This document shows positions 55,720-63,785 of a DNA stretch of 64,000 nucleotides, one piece after another. The notes below the pieces were generated by a model that was not told the origin of the DNA, searched no databases, and saw only the letters and a list, made by a program, of their open reading frames with translations. Numbering within the stretch: position 1 is the first letter of the stretch; each line of letters opens with the position of its first letter. The translations under genes and the position numbers were made by a program. The stretch is from a virus. Its lineage: Duplodnaviria; Caudoviricetes. The stretch covers positions 9,039-73,038 of IMG/VR virus record IMGVR_UViG_3300032030_000062; one strand, 5' to 3'.

Positions 55720-55934
55720 GCGGAAGTAAAGTAAGAATATTAGAACATTTAAAACGATACGGCAGTATTACAAGTATGCAAGCATTTCATTTATACGGCA
55801 TAACGAGATTATCAGCACGAATTAAAGAATTAAGAGATATGGGTTATAATATTATAACTCATATGATAGAGGATAAAAATCGATATGATGAACCAGTTAG
55901 ATATGCAAAGTATGTATTGAGAGGAAGTGAGTAA
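55716..55934 (+). CDS. Winged-HTH protein
   Basis: ILEHLKRYGSITSMQA..GITRLSARIKELR..G. Confidence 0.75.
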   Translation: MSGSKVRILEHLKRYGSITSMQAFHLYGITRLSARIKELRDMGYNIITHMIEDKNRYDEPVRYAKYVLRGSE

Positions 55935-56249
55935 TTGGAACATTTAGTATCAATAGCAATCAATGTGGATGATGAAGATATAAAAGCAAAGATCGAGGAT
56001 AGAATAGCAAAAGAAGTTTCTGACAGGTTAGTTGAAAAAATATCCTCTTATATGTTTGCTAAATACGGCGGAGTTAATAATGCTACAGCACAAATAATTG
56101 ATACTGTGGTAAACAAGTATAAAAAAGAGATCATAGAAACAGCCGTTAAAGATGTTTCTTTATCTATAAAGCGCAGTCCTAAGTATAGAACGGTATTAAA
56201 CAAAATTGAGAAGATCGGAACTGAATTGGAGGAATATTATGGCAGTTAA
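55935..56249 (+). CDS. Hypothetical protein
   Basis: TTG start, coiled-coil. Confidence 0.55.
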   Translation: MEHLVSIAINVDDEDIKAKIEDRIAKEVSDRLVEKISSYMFAKYGGVNNATAQIIDTVVNKYKKEIIETAVKDVSLSIKRSPKYRTVLNKIEKIGTELEEYYGS

Positions 56250-57285
56250 GTCATTAGCAGTTAAGTATCGTCCTAAAACATGGAATGATGTTACAGAGCA
56301 GAATAGCACCAAGATCATTTTACAGCAACAACTTGAAGCTGGAGAAGTTAAAAACGCATATCTGTTTTGTGGGCCTGCCGGATGTGGAAAAACAACGTGT
56401 GCGAGAATTTTTGCAAATGATATTAACAAAGGAGAAGGAAATCCTATTGAACTTGATGCCGCAAGTAATAATGGTGTTGATGATGTAAGAAATATTATAC
56501 AGCAAGCGCAGACCCAATCATTGAATAGTGAATATAAAATCTTTATCATTGATGAATGTCATGCTATCAGTAACGCAGGATGGCAAGCTATGTTAAAGAT
56601 CATTGAAGAACCACCCGCAAAGAGTATTTTTATCTTTTGCACGACCGATCCTCAGAAAATCCCAAAGACAATTCTTTCCAGAGTGCAGAGATATGATTTT
56701 CAGAGAATTTCTCAGAAAGGCATTGTGGATAGATTAAATTATATTATATCAGTGGAGAACGGTATTGCACCACAAAATATTCATATTGATACGCCAGATG
56801 CGATTGAATATATAGCAAAGATAGCAGATGGTGGTATGCGGGATTCAATCACCCTACTTGATAAGTGTTTAGCATATTCAAAAGATTTAACACTTGCGAA
56901 TGTAGTAAAAGCATTAGGAACTACAGATTATGATACAATGTTCAAGCTTACTGATTACCTTATCGATAGTAAAGTAAAATTAGCATTGGCTCTTATCGAG
57001 AATATTTATAATGACGGTAAAGATTTAAAAACATTTGTAAGGCAGTATGTACAGTTTTTACTTGATTTATCGAAATGGGGATTAGGATGTGATTGGAATT
57101 ATCTTACACTTCCGAGATTAGCAGATTATGAGCAGTGGTTGAAAGATTGCGGAGATAGAGAATTTGAAGCAATAACAGATTGGTTATCAGTATTTGTAAA
57201 TCTTAATGCAGATATTAAATGGTCACAGTCTGTTAAATACGATATTGAAGCCGCTATTTTAATTCATACAGAGGATATTAAATAA
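56239..57285 (+). CDS. dnaX: Clamp loader gamma/tau-like subunit
   Basis: LAVKYRP, GPAGCGKTT, DAASNNGVDDVR, IIDECH, EEPP, TILSR, GGMRD. Confidence 0.93.
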   Translation: MAVKSLAVKYRPKTWNDVTEQNSTKIILQQQLEAGEVKNAYLFCGPAGCGKTTCARIFANDINKGEGNPIELDAASNNGVDDVRNIIQQAQTQSLNSEYKIFIIDECHAISNAGWQAMLKIIEEPPAKSIFIFCTTDPQKIPKTILSRVQRYDFQRISQKGIVDRLNYIISVENGIAPQNIHIDTPDAIEYIAKIADGGMRDSITLLDKCLAYSKDLTLANVVKALGTTDYDTMFKLTDYLIDSKVKLALALIENIYNDGKDLKTFVRQYVQFLLDLSKWGLGCDWNYLTLPRLADYEQWLKDCGDREFEAITDWLSVFVNLNADIKWSQSVKYDIEAAILIHTEDIK

Positions 57286-58121
57286 TGATAGGTCAAAAGA
57301 ATTTACAAAGTCGAATTGAACAGCTTATAAAAGATAGAACATTCCCTCGGTTCAGCATTTTAGTTGGACCGAAGGGAAGTGGTAAGAAAACGATAGTGCC
57401 TGAAATTGCAGGTAGAATGTTGGCAAATTATGTTAAGGCATTAGATGTTAAAATAGATACAATTAGAGAGATTATACAGCAGAGTTATAAAGTAGTCGAT
57501 GCCACGGTATATTTTATTCCTGATGCGGATAATATGTCAAATGCCGCTAAAAATGCACTTTTGAAGGTAACAGAAGAACCTCCTAATAATGCGTATTTTA
57601 TAATGACATTAGAGGATGAAAATAATACTTTAGAAACAATAAGAAGTCGTGGAACAGTATTTCACATGGATAGATATACACCAGATGAAATATACCAATA
57701 TGCAATGGCATATGCACATGATAATGAAGATATTATAAAAGATATTTGTGAAACTCCAGGTGATGTAGATTTATTGTATAAAGATAGTCCAAAAGAGTTT
57801 TATGATTATGTACAATTAGTGGTAGATAATATAGCAGAAGTATCACTTGCAAATGCATTTAAGATACCTAATAAAGTAGCATTGAAAGAAGATGCAGAAG
57901 GATATGATTTACGATTATTTTGGAAAGCATTTATATCTGTATGTATGACAAGAAGAAAAACACCAGAACAAGCGAAAGATCATTTTAAAGCCGCTTATAT
58001 TACTTCAAAATATTTACAGAAGTTAAGAGTAAAAGGAATAAATCGTAGTATGTTAATGGATAATTGGGTATTGGAAATAAGAAAGTTATGGATGAAGAAC
58101 CGTGGGTTGAAAAATGTATGA
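57285..58121 (+). CDS. holB: Clamp loader delta-prime subunit
   Basis: GPKGSGK, NALLKVTEEPP, TIRSR. Confidence 0.8.
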   Translation: MIGQKNLQSRIEQLIKDRTFPRFSILVGPKGSGKKTIVPEIAGRMLANYVKALDVKIDTIREIIQQSYKVVDATVYFIPDADNMSNAAKNALLKVTEEPPNNAYFIMTLEDENNTLETIRSRGTVFHMDRYTPDEIYQYAMAYAHDNEDIIKDICETPGDVDLLYKDSPKEFYDYVQLVVDNIAEVSLANAFKIPNKVALKEDAEGYDLRLFWKAFISVCMTRRKTPEQAKDHFKAAYITSKYLQKLRVKGINRSMLMDNWVLEIRKLWMKNRGLKNV

Positions 58122-58249
58122 AATGTGTTCATTGTTATCAAACTAAAAATGACGCAGATGAATTAAGATGCCGTTGTAGAAATGGTTGTAATTTTAAAGA
58201 AGTGAAGAAGAACGGAGCAACAGTAGAGAGGAAGATTAAATGGACGTAA
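58088..58249 (+). CDS. Small Cys-rich protein
   Basis: CMKCVHC..CRCRNGC. Confidence 0.45.
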   Translation: MDEEPWVEKCMKCVHCYQTKNDADELRCRCRNGCNFKEVKKNGATVERKIKWT

Positions 58250-59187
58250 GTACATTAAAATCTCATATAAAATTAAAAACGATTCCTACGTTTTTAATTT
58301 TTTCTGGGCCAGAATGGAAAGTACAGGAGATATATATAAAACAGATTGCAAAAGTAACAGGTAGAGAAATTAAACAGATAGATAGTATTACAGATGTTTA
58401 TTCTACGCTGAGAAATAAATCTTTTGTCAATAAGCCAGTTATCTACAAAGTTCGGGATGATAAGGAGTTAATGCAAAATGAAGCGTTACAGCAAAATTTA
58501 AGCACTATATTAGCTGATAACATGCTCATATTAACGCTTACAAGCGTTGATAAACGCACTAAATTTTATAAAGTGTACAAAGATACTATCATAGACTTTG
58601 AAACGCTTACAGACTCGATTTTGAAGAAGTATATAAAGAAGGAAATTGATTTGTCCGACAGAAATTGTCAGATACTTATGGATATTTGTGAACATGACTA
58701 TGGACGTATTCTGTTAGAGATTGATAAGATAAAGAGGTATAGAGATTTTTATAATGAAGGTAGCAGTAATGAAGTTGAGCCAAATCAAGTATTAGAATGG
58801 TTGTTAAAAGATGGAACAATATATGAACCACCATATGATGCGATATTTGATTTGGTAGATGCTATACTTGATCGAAAGGTAAATAAAACATTTGACCTGC
58901 TTCAGCAGTCATATGATGTTGGCGAAGCCACAATGGTTATGCTGTCAGTTCTTTACAATAATGTCAAAGCAGTATTGCAGGTACAGACATACAGTGGACA
59001 GAAGATCACAGAAGGAACAGGATTGACCGGATGGCAGATAAAAAATGCTAAACCTCATGTTGGAAAATATAGTGACGATGAATTGATTGGTATATTGCAG
59101 TTAGTTCAGAAAATTGAAAGCGGAATTAAGACAGGAAAGATGGAAGATGAGTTTGCCATGCAATATTTATTAACCCATATATTATAA
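58240..59187 (+). CDS. holA: Clamp loader delta subunit
   Basis: DKRTKFYK, EIDKIK, IFDLVDAIL; adjacent to dnaX and holB. Confidence 0.75.
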   Translation: MDVSTLKSHIKLKTIPTFLIFSGPEWKVQEIYIKQIAKVTGREIKQIDSITDVYSTLRNKSFVNKPVIYKVRDDKELMQNEALQQNLSTILADNMLILTLTSVDKRTKFYKVYKDTIIDFETLTDSILKKYIKKEIDLSDRNCQILMDICEHDYGRILLEIDKIKRYRDFYNEGSSNEVEPNQVLEWLLKDGTIYEPPYDAIFDLVDAILDRKVNKTFDLLQQSYDVGEATMVMLSVLYNNVKAVLQVQTYSGQKITEGTGLTGWQIKNAKPHVGKYSDDELIGILQLVQKIESGIKTGKMEDEFAMQYLLTHIL

Positions 59188-59202
59188 GGAGGATAAATAA
59201 TA

Positions 59203-59505
59203 ATGGATGCTATAAAATTTATTGAGGAACGGAAAAGATATTGCTCAAACCATTCAGATGATATAAGCTGTGATACCTGTTATCTTTGGAAAAATCATAT
59301 ACCCTGTGGTAATCTTAATGCAATCACCAGACCAAAGGAACTTGTTACGTTTATTGAGGAATGGTCAGAGAAAAATCCAATTAAAACCAACGGTGATAGA
59401 TTTAAAGAAGTATTTGGTATTAAAAAAGCAATAATTGGAACTAAAACTTGGGAAGAGATAAATGAATGGTGGAATTCAGAATATAAAGAACCGGAGGATA
59501 AATGA
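59203..59505 (+). CDS. Hypothetical protein
   Basis: MDAIKF..C..C..C, WWNSEY; AAGGAGG RBS. Confidence 0.65.
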   Translation: MDAIKFIEERKRYCSNHSDDISCDTCYLWKNHIPCGNLNAITRPKELVTFIEEWSEKNPIKTNGDRFKEVFGIKKAIIGTKTWEEINEWWNSEYKEPEDK

Positions 59506-59759
59506 TGGATACAAAACTCAGGAGTAATATGTCGTTTCGTGAAGCATGGTTTCAGATGTTACTGGGCAATAAAGTAAAACGTCCACTATGGGAAGGATAC
59601 TGGGCATGGGAAAATGGAACTATTATGATGCATTGTAAAAATGGTGATGTAATAGATATACGACAGACTGATAATCCAGCTTATACATTTACAAATATAG
59701 CAGAACGAGATTGGCGAGTGGTTGTGGAGAGAGAAGATCATGGAAAAGAAGGATCATGA
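59502..59759 (+). CDS. Second DUF2829/Tad2-like protein
   Basis: MSFREAW..G.KVKRPLW..AERDWRVV pattern. Confidence 0.55.
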   Translation: MMDTKLRSNMSFREAWFQMLLGNKVKRPLWEGYWAWENGTIMMHCKNGDVIDIRQTDNPAYTFTNIAERDWRVVVEREDHGKEGS

Positions 59760-59895
59760 GTTTTGTTTACGATGCGGTAGAAAATTAAAAAATCCACAAG
59801 CAAGAGAAATAGGATATGGTAAGATATGTTTAAATAAAGTAAGAGTGCAGGAAAATAAAAAGTTATTTGATAGTACGGAGGATGTAAAAGAATAA
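59740..59895 (+). CDS. Small DUF6011-like Zn-finger protein (51 aa)
   Basis: CLRCGRKLKNPQAREIGYGKIC; below ORF-track cutoff. Confidence 0.65.
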   Translation: MEKKDHEFCLRCGRKLKNPQAREIGYGKICLNKVRVQENKKLFDSTEDVKE

Positions 59896-59907
59896 TTAGA
59901 ATCATTG

Positions 59908-59939
59908 AAAGAGGAACTGTAAAAAAGTTCCTCTTTTTT
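59908..59939 (+). terminator. Rho-independent terminator ending the replication arm
   Basis: AAAGAGGAACT/AGTTCCTCTTT plus T run. Confidence 0.8.
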
Positions 59940-60047
59940 GTTTGAAAAAAAAGCTTCTTATATAAAGTGATTTTTGCTCATGCGTTTATATCTGTTTTTG
60001 ATTGCATTATATAAGAAGAAACACGTTTTTGGCGTGAGAAATAATGA

Positions 60048-60076
60048 TTGACAAATATTAGAGTACATGTTATTAT
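60048..60076 (+). promoter_or_regulatory. Sigma-A promoter (27-bp identity with 61792 copy)
   Basis: TTGACAAATATTAGAGTACATGTTATT; TTGACA-17-TATTAT. Confidence 0.75.
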
Positions 60077-60120
60077 ATGTATGTAGTCTAATAAAGTATT
60101 TTTTCAATGGAGGTAAAAAC

Positions 60121-60552
60121 ATGCTGGTGAAAAATTATGACCTGTACAAAACAGGGGAAAAGACGAAACGTGTAAACAAGTTGATGGATATGAAATATGA
60201 GGTCAAAACGTATCTTGACCTGAGCCTGCTGGATGATCCGGCTATTGATATTTCTGAAGAGGAAAAGGATCATATTAAGAGACATATAGCTGAAACCCAT
60301 ATAGTGTGGGAACGTCAGGATATATTCATCATCCTGTATGATAATTTTACAGACTTTACCGTTAAGGCTCAGTTTGCCAATCATAACGTGTTTAATAAAA
60401 AGACCTATTCTAAATTATACCGAATCTGCGAACTGACTCGGGTACAGGTCATTAAAGGAACTCGTAAAGATGTATACCAGCAGATGTATGATAATGTAAC
60501 ATATGAGGCTAATAATCATCATTCAGAACCGGCAATGGACATTGAAATTTGA
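60121..60552 (+). CDS. Hypothetical early protein
   Basis: GGAGG RBS, ATG 60121. Confidence 0.7.
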   Translation: MLVKNYDLYKTGEKTKRVNKLMDMKYEVKTYLDLSLLDDPAIDISEEEKDHIKRHIAETHIVWERQDIFIILYDNFTDFTVKAQFANHNVFNKKTYSKLYRICELTRVQVIKGTRKDVYQQMYDNVTYEANNHHSEPAMDIEI

Positions 60553-60565
60553 AAGGAGAAAAAAA

Positions 60566-60778
60566 ATGACACAATTTGAGGAATTTGCCTTTGAAGTTTT
60601 GGGAAAGATAGATATAGGAAATGATGGTATGTATGCAGGGTTAACAAATGCGTTGGCTAAAATCGCCACTGAGGTGATTTTATCAGATGACGAGGAAGTA
60701 TTTAATCTGGATTGGGATTCTCAAAAGAAACTTATCCTTGATAAATTTTATAGCGTGTTTCCATATTTAAGGAGGTAA
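60566..60778 (+). CDS. Hypothetical early protein
   Basis: AAAGGAG RBS. Confidence 0.65.
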   Translation: MTQFEEFAFEVLGKIDIGNDGMYAGLTNALAKIATEVILSDDEEVFNLDWDSQKKLILDKFYSVFPYLRR

Positions 60779-60949
60779 CATAATGAGGAAGATTAAAACA
60801 AAACATGATATGAATATTCCGGGTTGGGGAGTAATCCCCACCGGAACTGCATTTAGAGTGGTTCGCTTTAATAAGCGTTTCGTGTATGTTTTGGTTAAGG
60901 ACGGTGTAACATTAAGACTTGCTAGAAAGGCAGATTGTGAGGTGATGTA

Positions 60950-61165
60950 TTGATGTATACGATTGAAAAGAAAGTGGTCAGTACGATAAAGAACTATCGG
61001 GGACGTCCTGGTATCGGAAAAGAAACTCGTTGGTATATTGTTGATGAAACTGGTCAGTATGCAACTACTGACCATTTCGGATTCATTTCACCAAGTGGAC
61101 TGTATTATACAAAGAAGTATATGGCGCAGGAAGAATGTGATAGATTGAACGAGGAGGTAAGATAA
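60950..61165 (+). CDS. Hypothetical early protein
   Basis: GAGGTG RBS. Confidence 0.6.
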   Translation: MMYTIEKKVVSTIKNYRGRPGIGKETRWYIVDETGQYATTDHFGFISPSGLYYTKKYMAQEECDRLNEEVR

Positions 61166-61334
61166 TGAAAAAGGAGAAGGAATGCAAGTACATGAATGAA
61201 TACACAGGAGTATTATATTTTTCCCTGTTTCATGCGGTGAGATCCATTATTTCGGATATGATCCATTTTCCTAAATGTAGAACATTGAAAATGTGGAGAA
61301 TTAGTAAAGTAAAGATCGGCGGCATAACGGAGGT

Positions 61335-61556
61335 ATGAAAATGAAAGTCAGATTGCAGGGAACTGGTTGGCATGAAGCTAAGGCAGTAAAAGATCTTCAG
61401 ATCGGAGATACTATAGAGTGGAACTTTGGATACACTTCTGAAGTGGTAGAATTGAATCCTACAAAAACAGGAAAACAGATCAATGTCCTGCTGAAGTCAG
61501 ATAGCGGTATTCATAATAGAAGAATGGGAGCAGAAAGGCTGGTGGCAGTAAAATGA
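61335..61556 (+). CDS. Small beta-rich (SH3-like) protein
   Basis: AVKDLQIGDTIEWNFG; GGAGG RBS. Confidence 0.6.
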   Translation: MKMKVRLQGTGWHEAKAVKDLQIGDTIEWNFGYTSEVVELNPTKTGKQINVLLKSDSGIHNRRMGAERLVAVK

Positions 61557-61723
61557 AAAATACAAAAACATTATGGAAAACAAGAAAAGCAGGAGAAAAA
61601 GTAACTATTTTAGTTTGGGCAACATTTGAAGAAATGGAAAAGATGTTTCAGGATGATATAATAATAGATTATACGGATGTAAAATATTTTACTCCAAAGG
61701 AATTAAAAAAGTAAAGAAACAAG

Positions 61724-61754
61724 ATAAGCTGTCCTGACGGACAGCTTATTTTTT
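61724..61754 (+). terminator. Rho-independent terminator
   Basis: ATAAGCTGTCC-TGAC-GGACAGCTTAT plus T run. Confidence 0.85.
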
Positions 61755-61791
61755 GTTAATAAATTTGTAACAAAAGTTAATACTTTTGTAA

Positions 61792-61820
61792 TTGACAAAT
61801 ATTAGAGTACATGTTATTCT
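61792..61820 (+). promoter_or_regulatory. Sigma-A promoter
   Basis: TTGACA-17-TATTCT; same 27-mer as 60048. Confidence 0.7.
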
Positions 61821-62090
61821 ATACATATAGAATAACATGATGAAAACTAAGGGAAGTAGTAGCTGGCCCTGTTGGATACAGAACTACGACGGGAGTTGGC
61901 GAAAAGTACCAAGATTCATCCAAAACTCAAGAAAGGAAGAGGAAAATGACAGATTTTGAATACCAGCAAAGATTGGCAAATATTGAGTCTTTGCAGGAAG
62001 CAGGATTTACTGAAGAAGAAATCGAGATTATTCTGAATGCAGATGATCCCAATGCCAAGATTGAAGAGTTCTTTGAAAGGAGATAAAGAA

Positions 62091-62333
62091 ATGACAAGGC
62101 AGAAAAAAGAAATTATTAAAAAAATGGATGAAATTAGAAACTTTATTTATGCTGATACTGAATTAGGATGTGGATTTGCTCCTGCTGGTGCATACGATGA
62201 TTTGTATGACCAGTTGTATGATCTCCAGACTGAATTATCTCAGTTACGCGGATTTGAAAGTTTTGAGGCTGAATGTGATGCGGATATTACCAGAATATTT
62301 GTTGATGATATTGAGGATCTTCCGTTTAATTGA
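62091..62333 (+). CDS. Acidic hypothetical protein
   Basis: AAAGGAG RBS, ATG 62091. Confidence 0.65.
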   Translation: MTRQKKEIIKKMDEIRNFIYADTELGCGFAPAGAYDDLYDQLYDLQTELSQLRGFESFEAECDADITRIFVDDIEDLPFN

Positions 62334-62335
62334 AA

Positions 62336-62396
62336 AGTCTCCTGAAGAGTCGCTGAAAATTGTGACGAAACACTCCTGAAAAGGAGTGTCGGGACT
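62336..62396 (+). ncRNA. Hammerhead ribozyme (type I)
   Basis: AGTCTC-CTGAAGA-GTCGC/GTGAC-GAAA-CACTCCT/AGGAGTG-TC-GGGACT; complete core, GUC cleavage site at 62390. Confidence 0.9.
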
Positions 62397-62410
62397 ATAA
62401 AAAATAATCG

Positions 62411-62439
62411 TTGACAGCTTGTTTAATGTGTAGTATAAT
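62411..62439 (+). promoter_or_regulatory. Sigma-A promoter (near-copy of 26001)
   Basis: AAAATAATCG-TTGACA-GCT..AATGTGTAG-TATAAT. Confidence 0.8.
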
Positions 62440-62484
62440 GTTTATAGTTAGAAAAATAGAGTGACTTCCAGAAAGGAGAACACC

Positions 62485-62988
62485 ATGAAACTTAGATTTT
62501 TTCAGAATGTTAAAACCAGAAACGAATTGAAGAAGGAGTATATCAAACTCCTGAAGCAGTATCACCCCGATAATGGCGGGGACGTAGAAATCTGCAAGGA
62601 ATTGAATACGGAGTATGAGTATTTGGCAGACAAGTTACCGCAGACGTTTGAAGATGGGCATGAGCCAACCGAACGTGAGAAGAAGGCAGCGGCTGATAAT
62701 GATAAGCTGATTCGTGATCTCCTTTCTAAGATTATTCATATGGAAGGGATCGAGATCGAGATCGTTGGTATCTGGGTATGGGTAGATGGTAACTCATACC
62801 AGTGGAAAGACGAACTGAAAAAGTTCGGCTTTACCTGGAGCAAAGCCCGTAAAAAGTGGCACTGCTGCCCATACGGGGAAGGAAATTGGTACAGAGGAAA
62901 ACGCCGTGATTTCAATACGCTCCGTGCTATGTACGGTAGCGATAAAGTTGAGACAGAGAAACAGCCGAAGTTGAACAAGGCTGTATAG
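62485..62988 (+). CDS. J-domain (DnaJ-like) protein with aromatic C-terminal domain
   Basis: LKKEY..LLKQYHPDNGG..ELNTEY; W.WV.G..Y..K..LKKFGFTWSK..KKW. Confidence 0.8.
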   Translation: MKLRFFQNVKTRNELKKEYIKLLKQYHPDNGGDVEICKELNTEYEYLADKLPQTFEDGHEPTEREKKAAADNDKLIRDLLSKIIHMEGIEIEIVGIWVWVDGNSYQWKDELKKFGFTWSKARKKWHCCPYGEGNWYRGKRRDFNTLRAMYGSDKVETEKQPKLNKAV

Positions 62989-63070
62989 ATAGATGCTTTT
63001 ATACTGCGACCCGCAGTTGAAATGTGACTGCGGGTCATCTACAAAGTTCATACCAGAGAGGAGAAACAGA

Positions 63071-63328
63071 ATGAAAAGGATTCAGGTTATTCCAGAAGAA
63101 CAGCTGATCATTGGTCTTGGAGAAGATCTGTTGCCCGTATATAAGGCAATGGAACGTGCTTATTATAATTGCAGGTCAGATTATTCACCTCGTTATCTCA
63201 GCACTCCCAAACTGCCTCGGAAAAAGATGTATGGTATATTTATCGATGTTGATGGCATGTTTAATATTGTAACTGCCGATTTCGTCCTTTGGTATTTAAT
63301 AGAATCTGGAAAGGAGAAAAGAAAATGA
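63071..63328 (+). CDS. Hypothetical early protein
   Basis: GAGGAG RBS. Confidence 0.65.
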   Translation: MKRIQVIPEEQLIIGLGEDLLPVYKAMERAYYNCRSDYSPRYLSTPKLPRKKMYGIFIDVDGMFNIVTADFVLWYLIESGKEKRK

Positions 63329-63735
63329 GGAAAAATACATTGGTATTTAATAGCTGGGAAGCGTATGAGAACTGGACAAATCAGTTCAGCGGTTGTTATG
63401 AGTATCAGGAAATTCCGACCGCAATAGATGATGGATGGAAAATATCTGTAGATATGTTTACCGCGTGCAAAAGTTGGAAAACTGTCCTGCGATGGTTTGA
63501 GAAGGCATTTGGAAATATAAGTCCTGAGATTCATACTTGGGTAGAATGTATTCGGGAAAGTTGTGAAAGTGGATATTTCAAAGATACTACAGGTTGTTAT
63601 CCGGCGTGGACAACTGATCCTGAGGAGATAAAGAAATTTTTAAAAGGAGGTTCATATTCATGGGAAGTGGAAGAAGTGTATGAAGGTTATTGGTATATAT
63701 TCCTCAATATATCCGGAGTATATGCTGGAAGATAA
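63325..63735 (+). CDS. Hypothetical early protein (Trp/Tyr-rich)
   Basis: AAAGGAG RBS, ATGA-type overlap. Confidence 0.65.
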   Translation: MRKNTLVFNSWEAYENWTNQFSGCYEYQEIPTAIDDGWKISVDMFTACKSWKTVLRWFEKAFGNISPEIHTWVECIRESCESGYFKDTTGCYPAWTTDPEEIKKFLKGGSYSWEVEEVYEGYWYIFLNISGVYAGR

Positions 63736-63753
63736 TTTATAGGTGGTTGTGCG

Positions 63754-63785
63754 ACAGCCAGCAGGTTTGCTGGCTGTTTTTTTTT
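63754..63785 (+). terminator. Rho-independent terminator
   Basis: ACAGCCAGCA-GGTT-TGCTGGCTGT plus T run. Confidence 0.85.
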
